This document shows, one piece after another, positions 39,482 through 53,395 of a stretch of 64,000 nt of DNA. Under the pieces are notes generated by a model that worked only from the letters and a program-made list of their open reading frames with translations, did no database searches and was not told where the DNA came from. Origin of the DNA: Lama glama (taxonomy: Eukaryota); assembly GCA_028534125.1 (NCBI GenBank), contig CM052816.1:28708001-28772000 (forward strand), given 5' to 3'. Positions within the stretch are counted from its first letter, which is position 1. Every line of letters starts with the position of its first letter. Both the position numbers and the translations under genes were made by a program.

Positions 39482-39730
39482 TAACACCAAGATGGTGGCA
39501 CATCTGACTTCTAGTAGACCTTGAGCTTCATTAAACACTCACTGTAATGTGTTAGCATCGTAAATGGCACTCCCACAGGTGCCATGAAAGTTCCAAGTCT
39601 AACCATAAAACGTCAAAGGGTGGGTAATGGCCCAATTCCAGGGAATCCCACCCCCTTCTCCAAAGTCATTGGAATAATCCTCCCACTTGTTAGCATATAA
39701 AGTTACTAAGCCCATAAAAACTAGCAACAG
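39482..39730 (+). mobile_element. ERV1 LTR internal fragment, MER41-like
   Basis: CAAGATGG...TTAGCAT...CACTCCCACAGGTGCCATGA...GAATAATCCTCCCACTTGTTAGCATATAA...CCATAAAAA follows the motif order I recall for MER41. No TG...CA termini seen. Confidence 0.7.
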
Positions 39731-41370
39731 TTCTCTTCTCCTATCAGGAAAGAAAATGCAAAAAAAAAACAAAAAAAACCGACAAAGTACATGAGGCACA
39801 GCTTATAATAACCTACATGATGGATCAGTCTACTAAAGAAATTGTATATATTTATGTATATACAGTTTCTCAGGAACACAATGACAGCAAAATCCATCCT
39901 GAATGGTGTGAATGATTATGATCAGTTGTGGTTTTACATGTGGTGGATTAAATAGAGGGAAACCACAAATTATTCATTTTTTTCATATGATTCTGTAGTA
40001 CCTAGGTGGTTCAAATGAAAATCATTGTCAAAATGTTCTGTTGCTCCAAAGAGAAAAATATTAAACCATTAATCCATTTGATTAATTTATTTGGCAGTTT
40101 AAATATTTTTCGTTTACTCTATGGTCCCAATTTCTAACAAACTTGATTCTTAAACATTAATGTTCAACAGAACACTTCTAGGACCCCTGTCCAAAATATC
40201 TGCTATTCTACTACTAGGGCCTATGTTGAATGAATGACTATTCAATCATACACAACCAATATTGGAAGAATTAATTATCCCTTTTAATTTTGTCTAGCTA
40301 CAAATATTTGATTAGTAAACAAATAAGCTAGAGAGGAAGAAATGTTTATCTAGTTCAGCATTAATTGCCATACTGTGGCTGAGGGTATTATCAACTCCTC
40401 ATCTATGCATCCATTCTTGATATTTTTTTTTCAAGTCAGAACGTTGTGGCTGGGATGCAATAGAGAATAGAAAGGCAACGTCTCTGGCTTCATGATGCAT
40501 GTTTTCATGAGACTGCCCCTAACCATCATAATTCTGATTGGAGAAACAGACTATATAAAAATATCAGTATATGATAAGCATTAATTAAGAATAAAAAATA
40601 AAGGAGAATGTGAGGGATACAGCATCCTGGGATTTAGCCATAATACTATTTTTTGTCATCTTAGTGAATACCAAATAACTGATTTCACAATTTTGAGCAA
40701 AAATTCACTTCAGAGCCCAACCTATCTGTGCCAGAAACTGAAGAGGCCGAAGAAGGCAAAATATGGCTTGTTTACTGCTCTCAGGGAGGCTATAGGTGAG
40801 TATGGAAGAGAAACAATAATTCAACTATAACTTGGATATATGCAAAAATTGGTAACTACTACAAAAATGTTTTTCAGCCCTTATACATGTCAATCCATTT
40901 TCATGGTGACTCCCACCCAAATACTATGTCCTTGGTTCTGTTGTGCTTACTGCTTTAACTCCTTATCCAGTCATCTGAATACATGAGACAGTCTGAGGAC
41001 AAAGAAAGTAAACCTATCTAATTTCAGTGGCAAAAACCTCTACTGGGGTTAGCTGACACACTAAATTTACTGTTACTTCAATTACATGTGTCATTTCTTT
41101 GACTCTTCACCTGATTTTAGTGGTTGGAAACTTACTTCTTAGAATAAGCTAAAATCAGACATAGCCATTTTTTAAAAGATGTGTGAAAAAATATATTTCT
41201 CATAAACTATAAAATTTGTTTTAATTTCCCAAAACAAAACAAAAAATAGCAGAGGAAAAAAAAAGAAACATTAAAAAAAATCAAGTCTTATTATGACAAT
41301 CCATAGTGTATGCTGACTTACAGCGTACCTAAACTATATATTGTGTTTCAAGTAAAATGGTAACTGTGGA

Positions 41371-41524
41371 GAATAAGATTTTTACTCTTTAAATTCTTTA
41401 AATTCTCTTTCATTTTATTTGCTAAAATATTTATTAGTGTCTATGGGGAATAAGAATTTTACTCTTTAAATTCTTTAAATTCTCTTTCATTTTATTTGCT
41501 AAGATATTTATTAGTGTCTATGGG
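41371..41524. repeat. 77-bp tandem duplication with 2 mismatches
   Basis: GAATAAGA...TTTATTAGTGTCTATGGG at 41371-41447 and 41448-41524. Confidence 0.95.
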
Positions 41525-41670
41525 TGAGATATCAGTTAATATATACATTTTAGCAGGAGAGCATATATAAATTTAGGAAAGAGAAGGTAAAGAGTCAAAC
41601 TGATGGGTTTAATTATTTCGCAAAGTGAAGATGATGGAAACATTTTCAAGTTATTGTTATTTACATAGAC

Positions 41671-42031
41671 CACTATGGTTTGAATGTTTATATAAGTTCC
41701 CGCCCAATGTCATGTATAGAAATCCTAATCTCCCTAGTGATGATATTAGGAGATGGGACCTTTGGTAGGTGATTAGTTCATGAGGGTGAAGACCTCATGA
41801 ATGTGATTAGTGCCTTTATAAAGGAGACTCCCAGAAAGACATACCATCCCTTCTGCCATGTGAGGACACAGAGAAGAGACAGCTGTCTAGGAAGTGGGAT
41901 CTCATCAGACAGCAAAACTGCAAGTGCCCTGATCTTGGGCTTCTGAGTCTTGAAAACTGGGAGCAATAAATATTTGTTTATAAGTCACTAATGTGGTATT
42001 TTTGTCATAGCAGCCTGAACAAACTAACACA
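41671..42031 (+). mobile_element. MaLR solo LTR (MLT1A-like)
   Basis: CTATGGTTTGAATGT...CCTCATGAATGTGATTAGTGCCTTTATAAAGGAGAC...AATAAA...ATAGCAGCCTGAACAAACTAACACA. Confidence 0.88.
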
Positions 42032-42239
42032 GACACATGTGTTCCCTCTTTGCTGATTCATGGTTAGGGGCTATTCTCAAGAGTTTATCATGTTAAATTT
42101 CCAAAAACAAATAGAATAGCAGAATTAATTCCATTTCCATTATTTCTAGTAAAAACATATTCAACTTCAAGGAATTACACCTCAATCTTCCTCAATTATC
42201 AGTCCTCCTAACTCACTTACAGTATTTTAGGAACATGCA

Positions 42240-44620
42240 AACTATTCAATTACAGAAAATTTTGAACATACCAAAACAATGTTATGATTTTTTTAATTTT
42301 AATTTTTTTTTACACAAGATACATGTACATTATCACTGTAAAATTTTAAACAATCTAAAATATCCCCTATATTCTCTTTGGTCTTCCACTTCTGATTTAA
42401 GTAATACTTGTGAGAGGTAACCACAATCGTTAAGTGATCAAAATGTTTCTAGATCTTATTCCAGACATTTGTACACAGGTACACATGCACACACACATGG
42501 CTTTTTCATATAAATGATAGAAACATATCACTTTATAACATTGTTTTCATTTAAATTAAGTTTTTGAGATTTATTTATGTTATTTGTATCCCTATTAATG
42601 GACAGTTAGGTTGCCTATAGTTTTCCCCTTTATAAATAAATAATACTTTAATAAACATCTTTGCACATGCCAAGTTACATGACTGAATTAATTGCATAAT
42701 AGAATATTTCTCTTCTGTGAATACCAAGAAGTGGAACTGGCAAATTACAGCTGTAGTATGAATCAATACTCTTCTAATATGCTTGTACCAATGTACATCA
42801 CCACCAATAGTCAAGAGAGTACTTCTTTTGTGCCCTTACCTCACTTGATATTAAACTGTGAAATTTATAAAATACAATATATGGAATTTTAATTTGTTTT
42901 CCCAGATGGCAAGTCAAGTTGAACAACTTCCTTTATGTTTGTTGGCCTTTTATATTTCATCTTTCATTAAGTTTTCTTTTGCTTTGGTACTTTTTCTTTA
43001 AGAGTATATGCTTTTGTTTTTTACTTGATTTGTAGAATTTTTTATTTCTAATATAATTTATCTATTGCAAATGTTAAATACTTTCTCCAGTCTGTCAACT
43101 ATTTTAAACTTTTTCTGGTTATTTTTGTCCCTTAAAAGCTTAAATTTGTAAATAGTCAATTTATTAATCATTAACTTCATGGTTATTGTCTGTTGAGTGT
43201 TCTAATAAAAGACATTCCTACACCAAAACTGCATATATATTCTCTCCAAATTTTCTTCGAATCTTTTCTTTTTCACATTAGGAATAAAATTTATCTGGAA
43301 TTCATTTTGGGGAACTCTGTATGAAGATATACAACTGCAAATGTATAGCTATTTGTTTCCACAGGATGTACTGAATTTTCCGTGGTAATGTTGTAATGTA
43401 ACTTCAAATATATAGCCTATATTCCTAAACAATTTATTGAAGGGACTAACTTTCCACTTCATTTGAAAAGCTGCCTTTCTTATGTGATAAAGTTCTATAC
43501 ACATAAGGGTCTTTTCATAGACTGTCTGTTCCCTTGATCTACTTGTTTATTACAGTACCAATGTCCTACCAGCTACAGCTTGGCAGTTATAGTATTTCCT
43601 GATCTCAACCAGTATTACCAGTATTATTTTGATTCCACTGCTCCATCATGAATATACACACACATTTTAAAATAATAAAGTTATTATATTCAAAAGATTT
43701 ACTGGTTATGTAGCTTGCCATTGCTTCTTGGGTTCCACAGTTTTTGTTTGTTTATGTTTTGCTAAATTGTATACTTCTGTAATTCATTACAGGTGAGTTT
43801 ATGGGCAGTAAAATTTCTAAGCCTTTGCAAATGTAAATGAATGGCAATATTTCACTGTTACATGTGAAGGTAAATTCCATGAATAATTCTGAGAAAAAAA
43901 TTATTTTCTTTTGTTCTTCACAAATTTTACTTTATCATATCCTTATACCTCCTTTTGCCAAAGAAAAGTATGATATGAATTCTCATTTCTTTTGTTTTTT
44001 TTATTGTCTAGAATCATTTACGATTTTCTTTTTATCAATTAATATTTCATCACGAGTATTTGGACATAGTCTTTTTCATTCATTCTGTTCAACAAATTAT
44101 CTTTTTTTGATGGGAATGAAATTTAGTTCAGGTCTATGTTTTCTTGTTCTTTGATTATTTTCTGTATTTTTTTTAACTTGTCAATCATTTACTGTTTTTT
44201 CTTCTTGATCATTTGCTATGTGGAAATTGAAAGCTCAGAATTTCTTATTTAACTTAATCTTTGTCTTTTTCATCTATATTCTGAGGGATTCTCTGAGCTT
44301 AATCTTTTAATTTATCAACTCTCTTTTCATCTGTGATCATTCTGTTATTTAGCCAAATGATTGATATTTGTACTTTAAAAATCACATTTTTTCTTTATGA
44401 TTCCCCACTGATTCCTCATTTTAAATGCCAGAACAGTTAAAATCTGAGAAGATAATTTATATTTATTTTAATTATATTTTTCTTCTTGCTCTGTTAAATA
44501 TCTCTGAGTTTGAGGTCTTCTGTTTGTTGAGCTTGGTGCTTCTGTATCATGGTATTGGCATTACTCAGATTTTAGGTGAATCTTAATTGCGTATTTGTCT
44601 TTATGTTTGAGATGACCTGT
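42240..44620 (-). mobile_element. Old LINE-1 fragments (L1ME/L1M5-like)
   Basis: T-rich antisense L1 texture, e.g. ATGGACAGTTAGGTTGCCTATAG. The minus ORF 42575-42814 contains KMFIKVLFI...RQPNCPLIG, which resembles the ORF2 C-terminus. Confidence 0.7.
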
Positions 44621-47600
44621 TACTGATGTGTGAATGGTACAGGTATCACGTGATCATGGGAGAGCATGGAAATGATTCCAGGAAAGGGGCTAACCTTCTA
44701 AGCACAGGGCTCCTGATTATCCTGGCTTTTGTCAATCACTCAAGGAATCTCCTCTTGCTGTCTAGTGCAGTTACAGAGGTATACAAAACAAAATAAAAAT
44801 GTTTTTTCTGTAATAACTAGTGATTTGCCACGAATCAGTATCAGACTGCAACCTGTGTTATCATTTAAGCCATATTTACTTATTAGTTGTATAAGTTTTT
44901 CTAATTTATATTGGACTACAGAGGTCATAGATTCTTGAAATGATTGCTCTATATTATGTGGGAAAACAGTTCCTTAAAATTCTGTATAGAATTAATAGTG
45001 TATGAAAGAGTTTGGGTCGATTTTTCCTTAGAGTAAGGAACATACGCCTCCAAATTTCAAATAGCAACACTTTTGTTATGTTTTTATAAGGATACATATA
45101 TACTTCACTTATAGCAGCAAAAATAAAGTATTTCTAATTAGACATATTTTTATTGCATTCACTCCCATTTTATAAAAATTACACATTATTCCAGAGATTA
45201 TTATTCTAATCATAAATAAATTTGAGCCTATTTTGGATAATTTTGAAAAGGTATGGAAGATTACTTCCAAAACATTATCAGTTATTATCTCTGTGTGGCA
45301 AGATTATGGATAATATTTTTGTTTTCTTTTTTTTTGTATTTTCCAAATTTTCTGCAATAGAGATCTATTATTTTTAATACCAACAAAATTATTTTTTAAG
45401 TATTTCCCCATAAATCACATTTACAGAACTCCTTAGCAATTATTATGTTCCTCCATAAAACATGAAACAATTATAAAACAGTCACTCGAATCCTCAGGGC
45501 AAGTTTGATATGTTAGCTGCTTTGTGAGAATCAGCACATTAAACAGACATTATAGTGAATGCAGAGAGTACACAGATTTTATTATTTTTCTTTTCTTAGT
45601 TTTTATCCTTCTTTTTCTTTGGCCATAGTTATTAGCTAATAAATCCCCATTGCTAGCTGGCTTTGTATCAGGGGGTAAGTAGTAAAGGCAGTGAAGTGTA
45701 ACTTTCATCAGAGTCCACTCACAAAGTACTGGAGGTTTTCACAGTGCAGGGAGCTCTTCTCTCGGTCTCCTGCACTATTCATGATTCAGTACAGAGACTC
45801 TGGGCTTTTATTCAAATACATGTTTCTTCTACAAAATAACCACCACCCCTTCTGTTACTTCCTTTAAGGAATCCGTTCTTCAAGAGTGATTTGTTACTTT
45901 TGTGAAGGCTAAGAGAACTTGAGATTGTAGCACTGATCACAACCTACTTTTATATGTAAATTTCTCAGAACATACAAATTAAAAGAGCTTATTAGTTTAA
46001 TGTTAGTGTCTTACTCATTTTGATATCTTTCCTTTCCAAAACCAACATGCAATCAAGTCCAATTGTCTACTCTCCTGAAATATCATGTAAATCCATTTCA
46101 TCTTTTCTCTTCCTGGTGATACTGCTTCTGCTCAGTTCCATATCAAATTTCACCCACCTCCACTGTTTCAATGGTCTCTTCAATACTTCCTCCAATTTTA
46201 ATCACTCTTCCTTTATTTGTATTTTACTAAAGTTGTTTCTTTCTAAACTATAATATGATGATGGTTTGTGATGTTAATGTAACTTATATGACTTTAAAGT
46301 AAAATAATTATTACTTTTAATTATTACTATTAACTTGACCAAGAAAATATAGCAGATAATTTCACCTAAAATAAGCAAGTAGAAACCACAGAACTGTAAT
46401 ACGCAGAATCAGGTTATAAATTAAGAATCACATGAAGCAGCAATCTTACCCAGTATCAGATTTAACTAAACAGCATCAAGGATGCAAGCATCAAAGAGCT
46501 TAGGCCAAAGGGAGAGAAGCTTCTGGGACATCAAGGATGACTCCCACAGATCCTTTATTCCTTTATCAGACATGAACATCCAGCTCAAAATAGATGAAGC
46601 TTCTAAGTGATGTTCATGCAGTTCCTCACACAATAGACAGCATTTCAAATCAGCTATATTTTCATGGAGTACTCCAGAGAGTTGTGTAACTTGTGTGACA
46701 TTCTCCAGGGAGCCACTTTTCATATTTTTGGATTCCATTTTACATAGGTTATCCTCAGCCAGAGAGAGCCAGGTAGGGCATTTTAGAAATAAAGTCTCTT
46801 TTGTTTAGTAAATAGCATTAGTCCTTTTACCTGAACATCTAGTTTACAAGATTAGACTAAGTTACCTCATTTGCTTTTTTCCTTTGTTTGTAAGCATTCC
46901 CCTAGTAAAGGTAGTGAATGAATCATAGGCCAGATGCTTTACCCCTTTACCCCAATCCCTAATAATATCTGAAATAAAAACTTAATAGATGCATTTGACA
47001 CTAAATTAAACAGTAGAAGAGTGGATTCAAAGTCTGGAGAATTATAGAGAACATCAGTGTATCACATATCCAGAGGAAAGACCAGAGAGAAATAGAGAAA
47101 AAAAATACAGAGAAGAGCATAAAACACATGGGCACACAGTAAAAAATTCAGAAATACATTTTTATAGAATCCTGGAAAGAGAGGAGAAATAGAGAATGAA
47201 CAGAATCAATATTTGGAGGGATACTGGCAGATTCTGCTTTTGGGTAGAATGTAATCATTGCAACAAGTTGTCATTCTTAGAAACAACTCAAGGCCTTAAA
47301 AAGTCTGGAAACAGTGAGCACTAAATTGGCTAAAATTTCAGACAGTTGGGAAAAATTTAGAAGTAGGCTGTGGAGCAACTGCTCTTTTTCCCTAGGGACA
47401 TATACTAATGTTAGACACAGGCTAGGGTCTGAGGATTGAACTTCAGCCAAGGAAAAGGGCAAATAATGTGAGATTTTAGTGACTGCATAGGGCTACAGTG
47501 ACAAAATTGGAGATACGAGGGTCCTCAAACATTAGTATCAGAAATTGACATTCCATCATTTTTGCTGCATTCTATTCCTTAGACGTGAGTAACTAAGTCC

Positions 47601-47669
47601 AACCCACAATGAAGGAGCAGAAATCACACAAAAAATACAAACCTACAGAAGATTCTGATAAATTAAGTA

Positions 47670-48165
47670 CAGACAATCCCCAATTGATGGCTTGATTTTC
47701 AATTTTTCAACTTCACTCTGGTGTGAAAGTGATATACATTCAGGAGAAACCATACTTCCAATTTTGAATTTTGACCTTTTCCAAGGCTAGCAATGCTCAC
47801 TATGACACTCACTCACTATGCTTAGCAGTGGTAATGAGCCACACCCCTCAGTCAGCTGTGCGATCTTGCAGTTAAACAACCCAGCCACTTATAAGCATTC
47901 TGCACCCACACGACCATTCTGTTCCTTTCAGTACAGTACTCCATAAATTACATGAGATAATCAACACTTTATTTAAAAATAGGGTTTTTGTTAGACGACT
48001 TTGCCCAACTGTAGACTAATGTAACTGTTCTGACCATATTTAAGAAGGCGAGGCTAAACTATGTGCAGTAGGTTAGGTACACTACATGCATTTTCAATTT
48101 ACAACATTTTGAATTTACGATGGGTTTATCAGGATGAAACCCCACACCAAGTAGAGGAAGATATA
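47670..48165 (-). mobile_element. Tigger-family MITE (MER47/Tigger5-like)
   Basis: TTTGCCCAACTGTAGACTAATGTAA...TAGGTTAGGT...TTTACGATGGGTTTATCAGGA, flanked by TA dinucleotides. Confidence 0.85.
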
Positions 48166-48187
48166 TAATCATGATGAATCTCTGAAG

Positions 48188-48674
48188 TAGCAGTTCTCAA
48201 AGGAGAACCTTTCAGGCGGTCCATGAAGTGATAATTATTTTCACACAAACACTAAGGTATTATTTGATTTTTCTGCTCTCATTTTTACACAAGTATATAA
48301 TAGACTTTCCCAAGGTATCATCACATGTGATACCATCCTCACCGTAGTGACTATTGTGATATGTGTTTGTGTATTCTTGTGTTTAAAACTTTCTCAATTT
48401 TTTTAAGCTTCTTTTAAATTTTTTATTTTTTCCTTTTTTTTTTTTAAAAATGGAGGTATGGGGGATCAAACCCAGGACCTCATGTATGTTAAACATGAAC
48501 TCTACCACTGAGCTATACCTACTTCCTCAAAGCTTTCTCAATTTTATATTCTAACAGAGCAAATATCAAAAAATAGAACCAACATTATCAAAAGATCTTT
48601 GGGATTCTCAATAATTTTTAAGAATGTAAAGGGATTATGAGACATATTTAAGACTAAGATTTAGAGTTGCATTG
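48188..48674. mobile_element. hAT-Charlie non-autonomous element, interrupted by a SINE
   Basis: CAGTTCTCAAA...CCTTTCAGGCGGTCCATGAAGTG...TATTTTCA...ACTAAG resembles Charlie-type MITEs. Confidence 0.6.
48402..48532 (-). mobile_element. tRNA-derived SINE (camelid Vic-1-like) with 13-bp TSD
   Basis: Minus strand reads GGTATAGCTCAGTGGTAGAG...GGTCCTGGGTTTGATCCCCCATACCTCC plus an A tail. CTTTCTCAATTTT occurs at 48389-48401 and 48533-48545. Confidence 0.9.
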
Positions 48675-51600
48675 CTAAATGAATGGAAAATAAAAATAAC
48701 TGAAGATAATACAAAGGAGTAACAATAATTTTAAAAATAATCACTGAACAAGAAGGCAAAGAGGAGGACAAAAAGAACAAAAATTTGATAGAGAATAGTA
48801 ATATTCTTTAAATCCAAACATATCAGTAATCACAGTATAAGTGTCATAATCCCATAAATATAAGCTTAAGTGAAAGAAGAAAATAGTACCTAATGTATGG
48901 CTTCACTGTGGAAACTGAGAAGCAAACAATCTACCACATGGAAGTCAGAACAGCTACTGCCTTTAGGGTGGGTAACAACTAGCAGGAGGCTATGTGGAGT
49001 ACCGTACAGGGATGGTAATATTCAACTTCCTTATTTCTAGTGGTGGTTTATTTGGGCATATTCACTGTGTACAATTTCATTAAGCTACAAACTTTGTTGT
49101 GTATGCTTTTCTGTATCCTTATTATTCATAAATAAAATAGTTTATTTAAAGGAATTAGAAGGTAACTCTTACTTGCTTTAGTGCATCTCAGACTTACCCA
49201 CAGCTGTACCTCTGTGCAGTACAAAGTTATGTTATTTCACCTGAGGCACTGTTTCAATATGCCACTTGCGAATTTCTATGCACATGGAGTCAGAAAAATT
49301 TTTTTTTGAAAATTAATTATACTTCTATTAAATCTTCTTGAACTTTCATTTAATTTGATGAGTCAAATTCAAACTGCAGCCATGTCTCAGTGTAGTGTAG
49401 TATACATTCAAAATAGCTTATCTTCTAAGTTCTCAAGGCCTATTTAGAGAGATTGTCTCCTATCTAGTTCAGATTTTTAATCCATTCCATACATTCAACA
49501 TCCCTATTTTTGCTCCAAGGGATCTTAGTGATCACTCAGCCAGAAAAACCTGATTTTATATGAGAACACTGAGGCCCAGAGAGTACAAGCAAATTATTTA
49601 CACATCTAGTCATTCCCCCAATAAATCTTCTCCTGATCAACTTGACCCAGTTTCCCCTTGTCCAAATTACATCAGTACACAGTTCCTGTATCATTGGAAA
49701 GTATCCATTAGATACTGGCTTTATGTTATTTATGCTATGGTTTTTTGTAGGACTGTATCTGTTTCAGCTACATTATTTCCAGTCAGTGACTGTGTCTTAC
49801 CTTTTATTTTATGATCCTGAGGATTTGCCACTTTCACTAATAATCAGTGAACATATTAATTCACTCATTCAACAAATATTTACTAATATTTTACCCACTA
49901 TGTATCAAGCAGATGAAAAAGCTCCTTCCTTCACACAACTTACATCTCAATGTGTATTAATTAATTGATTCATTAATTAGTAAGTAAGAAAGTAAAATAT
50001 TGTCATAGAATGTTATATGGTGACAAACGTTCTGGAGAAGAGCAGCCCATAGATTAAGCTTCAAATACAGTGGTTTTCACAATACTTTGAGATCTCTGGG
50101 CTGACTGTGGTGATCCCTTTGGAGCTGCTGGAGTGAAAGGCAGTTCAAACAGCCAGAATCCCCAACGTGGTTTCATTCACAACAGTTGCTTTTATCTCTT
50201 TTAAATAAAATGTTGCCACAAAAGATGCCACATGAACAAAGCACGCCATAGATGAAAACTAATTCAATAGATTTTTCAGGTTCTACAATATTTCAGCTTT
50301 TCAAAGGGACAAATGGTGTTTCTGGTTATAGACCACTGTAGATTATTTAATCAGTGAAACTCATTTTGTATCTTATATTTATGGTCTATAATTACAGAAT
50401 GTAGGTAAGCAGGTAGGTTTATGGTATTGAGAAGGACAGTATAACTGTCATTTAAGTGACTCTAATGATTGTTGAGTGGCCTTCCTAAAGATAATGGAGC
50501 ATTCATCTATATATAAGTAATAGAATCATTAGATGATTAAGAGAAAGACTGTATTTCGATGATTATTTACTTTTGTGCAATACTGATGTGGAAACAGGTT
50601 AGTATACTCATGCTGAATCCAACACACTTTCCATCAGTAAGTGCTAGCTCATTTCAATTAACTTCTCTGTCACTAATCTGGAAGTACCACCATTAGAGGT
50701 ATAAACGGTAGTCAAAAATTACTTGAAAGAGAGGAGATGTATTCAAAAAACAGAAGCCATCAGGGTTGAATGGCAATCAGAGACATTAAGAGAAGATCTT
50801 TTTAAAGCTATGTGAATTGAATTGAATCAGAGCTGATAACAGCTTCCATGACGGATGATGGTATCAGTGACGGTATTATAAAGGTTAGGAAGTGCCCAAA
50901 GTGTTCTAGGGGTCATGTGGTACATATTTGTATATATATTTATACAAATGTATTTCACTGTTTTAAACAGAACAACAACAACAAAAAAAGAGGCAGAAAA
51001 TATTTGCCTATAACAAATCCTAGCTTAAAAATGTCATTTTTTTAGTGGTGATGTTTTCAATCAGCATGCAGGGATTTTTTTTTCTTTAATTTGTTTCACT
51101 GTGTCTCGAGAAGTGATATTAGAGAAAACCACACTGGTGTAAAGTGTAAACCAGTGTTTCAAAACACTGCAAGAACTTGGAGACCAAACATGATTTTTCT
51201 TATTTCCTCTAAGTAATCTTTAGTTAAAAAAAAAAAAGGTGATCTTTGACATAGATTCATACTTTCATACTTTAAAGACATTAATATTGCATTTATATCA
51301 GGTAAGCAACTATACAAAGATGCTGAGGGCCCTGAAAATGATCTTCATCATTAAAAGGAAAGAGAGGAAGCCTGGGTGTACAGTACCAACTTAAGACAAG
51401 TTTTACATATTCAATGTTAGGATCTAACATACACTGGAGGTGGGAAGGAGGGACATTCAGGCAAGGGTCCTTAATCCTTTACTCATTCAGTTCTGGCTTT
51501 GTGAAGAAATACAGTTTCATGTGCGTGGTAATGCTTAGACAGCAGTGATTTAAGTACAGAAAGGGAAAAACTGCCTTCTCGCTCACCACTTTGCTAATAG

Positions 51601-51703
51601 GGAATTTATTATTTTTACCATCAGATGTTTACCTTCTAAAATAAGATGAGAAAGATTACAACTTAGGCATATTTACATTCGTTAAAAATATACTCAAACA
51701 TCT

Positions 51704-52242
51704 CATAGCAGCACTATTTACAATAGCCAAAACATGGAAACAGCCTAAATGTCCATCAACAGGTGACTGGATAAAGAAGATGTGGTATATTTATACAATG
51801 GAATACTACTCAGCCATAAAAACCGACAACATAATGCCATTTGCAGCAACATGGATGCTCCTAGAGAACGTCATTCTAAGTGAAGTAAGCCAGAAAGAGA
51901 AAGAAAAATACCATATGAGATCGCTCATATGGGGAATCTAAAAAACAAAAACAAAAACAAACAAACAAACAAAAACAAAGTGTAAATACAGGACAGAAAT
52001 AGACTCATGGACAGAGAATACAGACTTGTGGTTGCCAGGGGGGCGGAGGGTGGGAAGGGATAGACTGGGATTTCAAAATTGTAGAATAGATAAACAAGAT
52101 TACACTGTATAGCACAGGGAAATATACACAAAATGTTATGATAAATCACAGAGAAAAAAATGTGACAATGAGTGTGTATATGTCCATGAATGACTGAAAA
52201 ATTGTGCTGAACACTGGAATTTGACACAACATTGTAAAATGA
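51704..52242 (+). mobile_element. Young 5'-truncated LINE-1 3' end running into the assembly gap
   Basis: CATAGCAGCACTATTTACAATAGCCAAAACATGGAAACAGCCTAAATGTCCATC... with CpGs retained. TSD TATACTC(A/G)AACATCT at 51689-51703 and 52342-52356. Confidence 0.93.
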
Positions 52243-52341
52243 NNNNNNNNNNNNNNNNNNNNNNNNNNNNNNNNNNNNNNNNNNNNNNNNNNNNNNNNNN
52301 NNNNNNNNNNNNNNNNNNNNNNNNNNNNNNNNNNNNNNNNN
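52243..52341. other. Assembly gap (99 N)
   Basis: Run of N. Confidence 1.
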
Positions 52342-53205
52342 NTATACTCGAACATCTTATTTTGCAAAGATTGAATGGTTAAAAGTATCATAATGAAAAA
52401 GAGAAGGGCAGATAAAGGAAAAAAGCTGGGGTATATACTTGGTAAACATATTTGGGAAATGGGAGGGAATAGTAATTCAAATAGAGGTTAAAAATATTTA
52501 AAGACAAATCTTAATCTATGTGTACAACACCATTGCATATCTTAAATTAAGTAATCATCTCAGCCCATACATCACTGTCTTTCCCTTGAATAAAGTGTAT
52601 ATTTATAAGGGTTTTGAGTATCAGAAGAAACAGCAGTGTTTTTGCTCTGTTTCATCAGTTTTTGAAGAAGGCAAATTGCCTTTATTTTTCAGAAGTGTTA
52701 ACATTATCTATTCCAATTCTTAAGTTTCAAAAGAAACCATGTAAATGAAACAAGTACAGAGATGAGATTTTTCATTTGGAATACATTTCATACAGAAGCA
52801 TGAAATATTAACTTGAGGTATGGAAGTGGTAATTATCTAAAATTTAATCTGAAAAATAGTACTTTAATTTCTCACTTTTTAGAAACTGTAATTTCTAATA
52901 ATATTCCAATTCTTTTGGTCTCAAGAGTACTAAACTGAATCATTGAATATTTCTGAAAAATTTAAAAACTTAACAACTCAAGGGGAAACAGGACATGATA
53001 AAAACAGAATGAAATTTAGCAATCATGTTATTTGGATTTGTACGCCAAGGGGATACAGACAGAAGCCAGAGAGCTGACTGAAAATTCAAGAAATATCAGA
53101 AAGGTATTGCTAAAAAGATGTCTAAAATATGTAACTCTGTTCACTTCCAAATTATTTGATCAATTTTGTAGCTGTGCAATGGATTGAATTTTCTCTGGAG
53201 CAGAT

Positions 53206-53395
53206 AATATTCCTCAAGTGCAGTCCCCAGACCTGCAGCAATGTCATCACCTGGGGACTTGTGAGAAATGCAAATGCTGAGGCCCCATTTTAGAACTAAT
53301 GAACCCTAAACTCCGAAAGGCTGAGACCTAGCAATGTGTGTATTCTCAAGCCCTCAAAGTGATTCTGATGCATGCTTAAATTTGAGAACTGCTCT
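53206..53395 (+). mobile_element. MER5A (hAT-Charlie MITE)
   Basis: CATCACCTGGGGACTTGTGAGAAATGCAAATGCTGAGGCCCC...GTGATTCTGATGCATGCTTAAATTTGAGAAC. Confidence 0.88.

Noticed and set aside
46466..46738. 90-aa ATG-initiated minus-strand ORF
   Set aside because: No recognisable homology or clear gene structure, and its length is within chance expectation for 64 kb.
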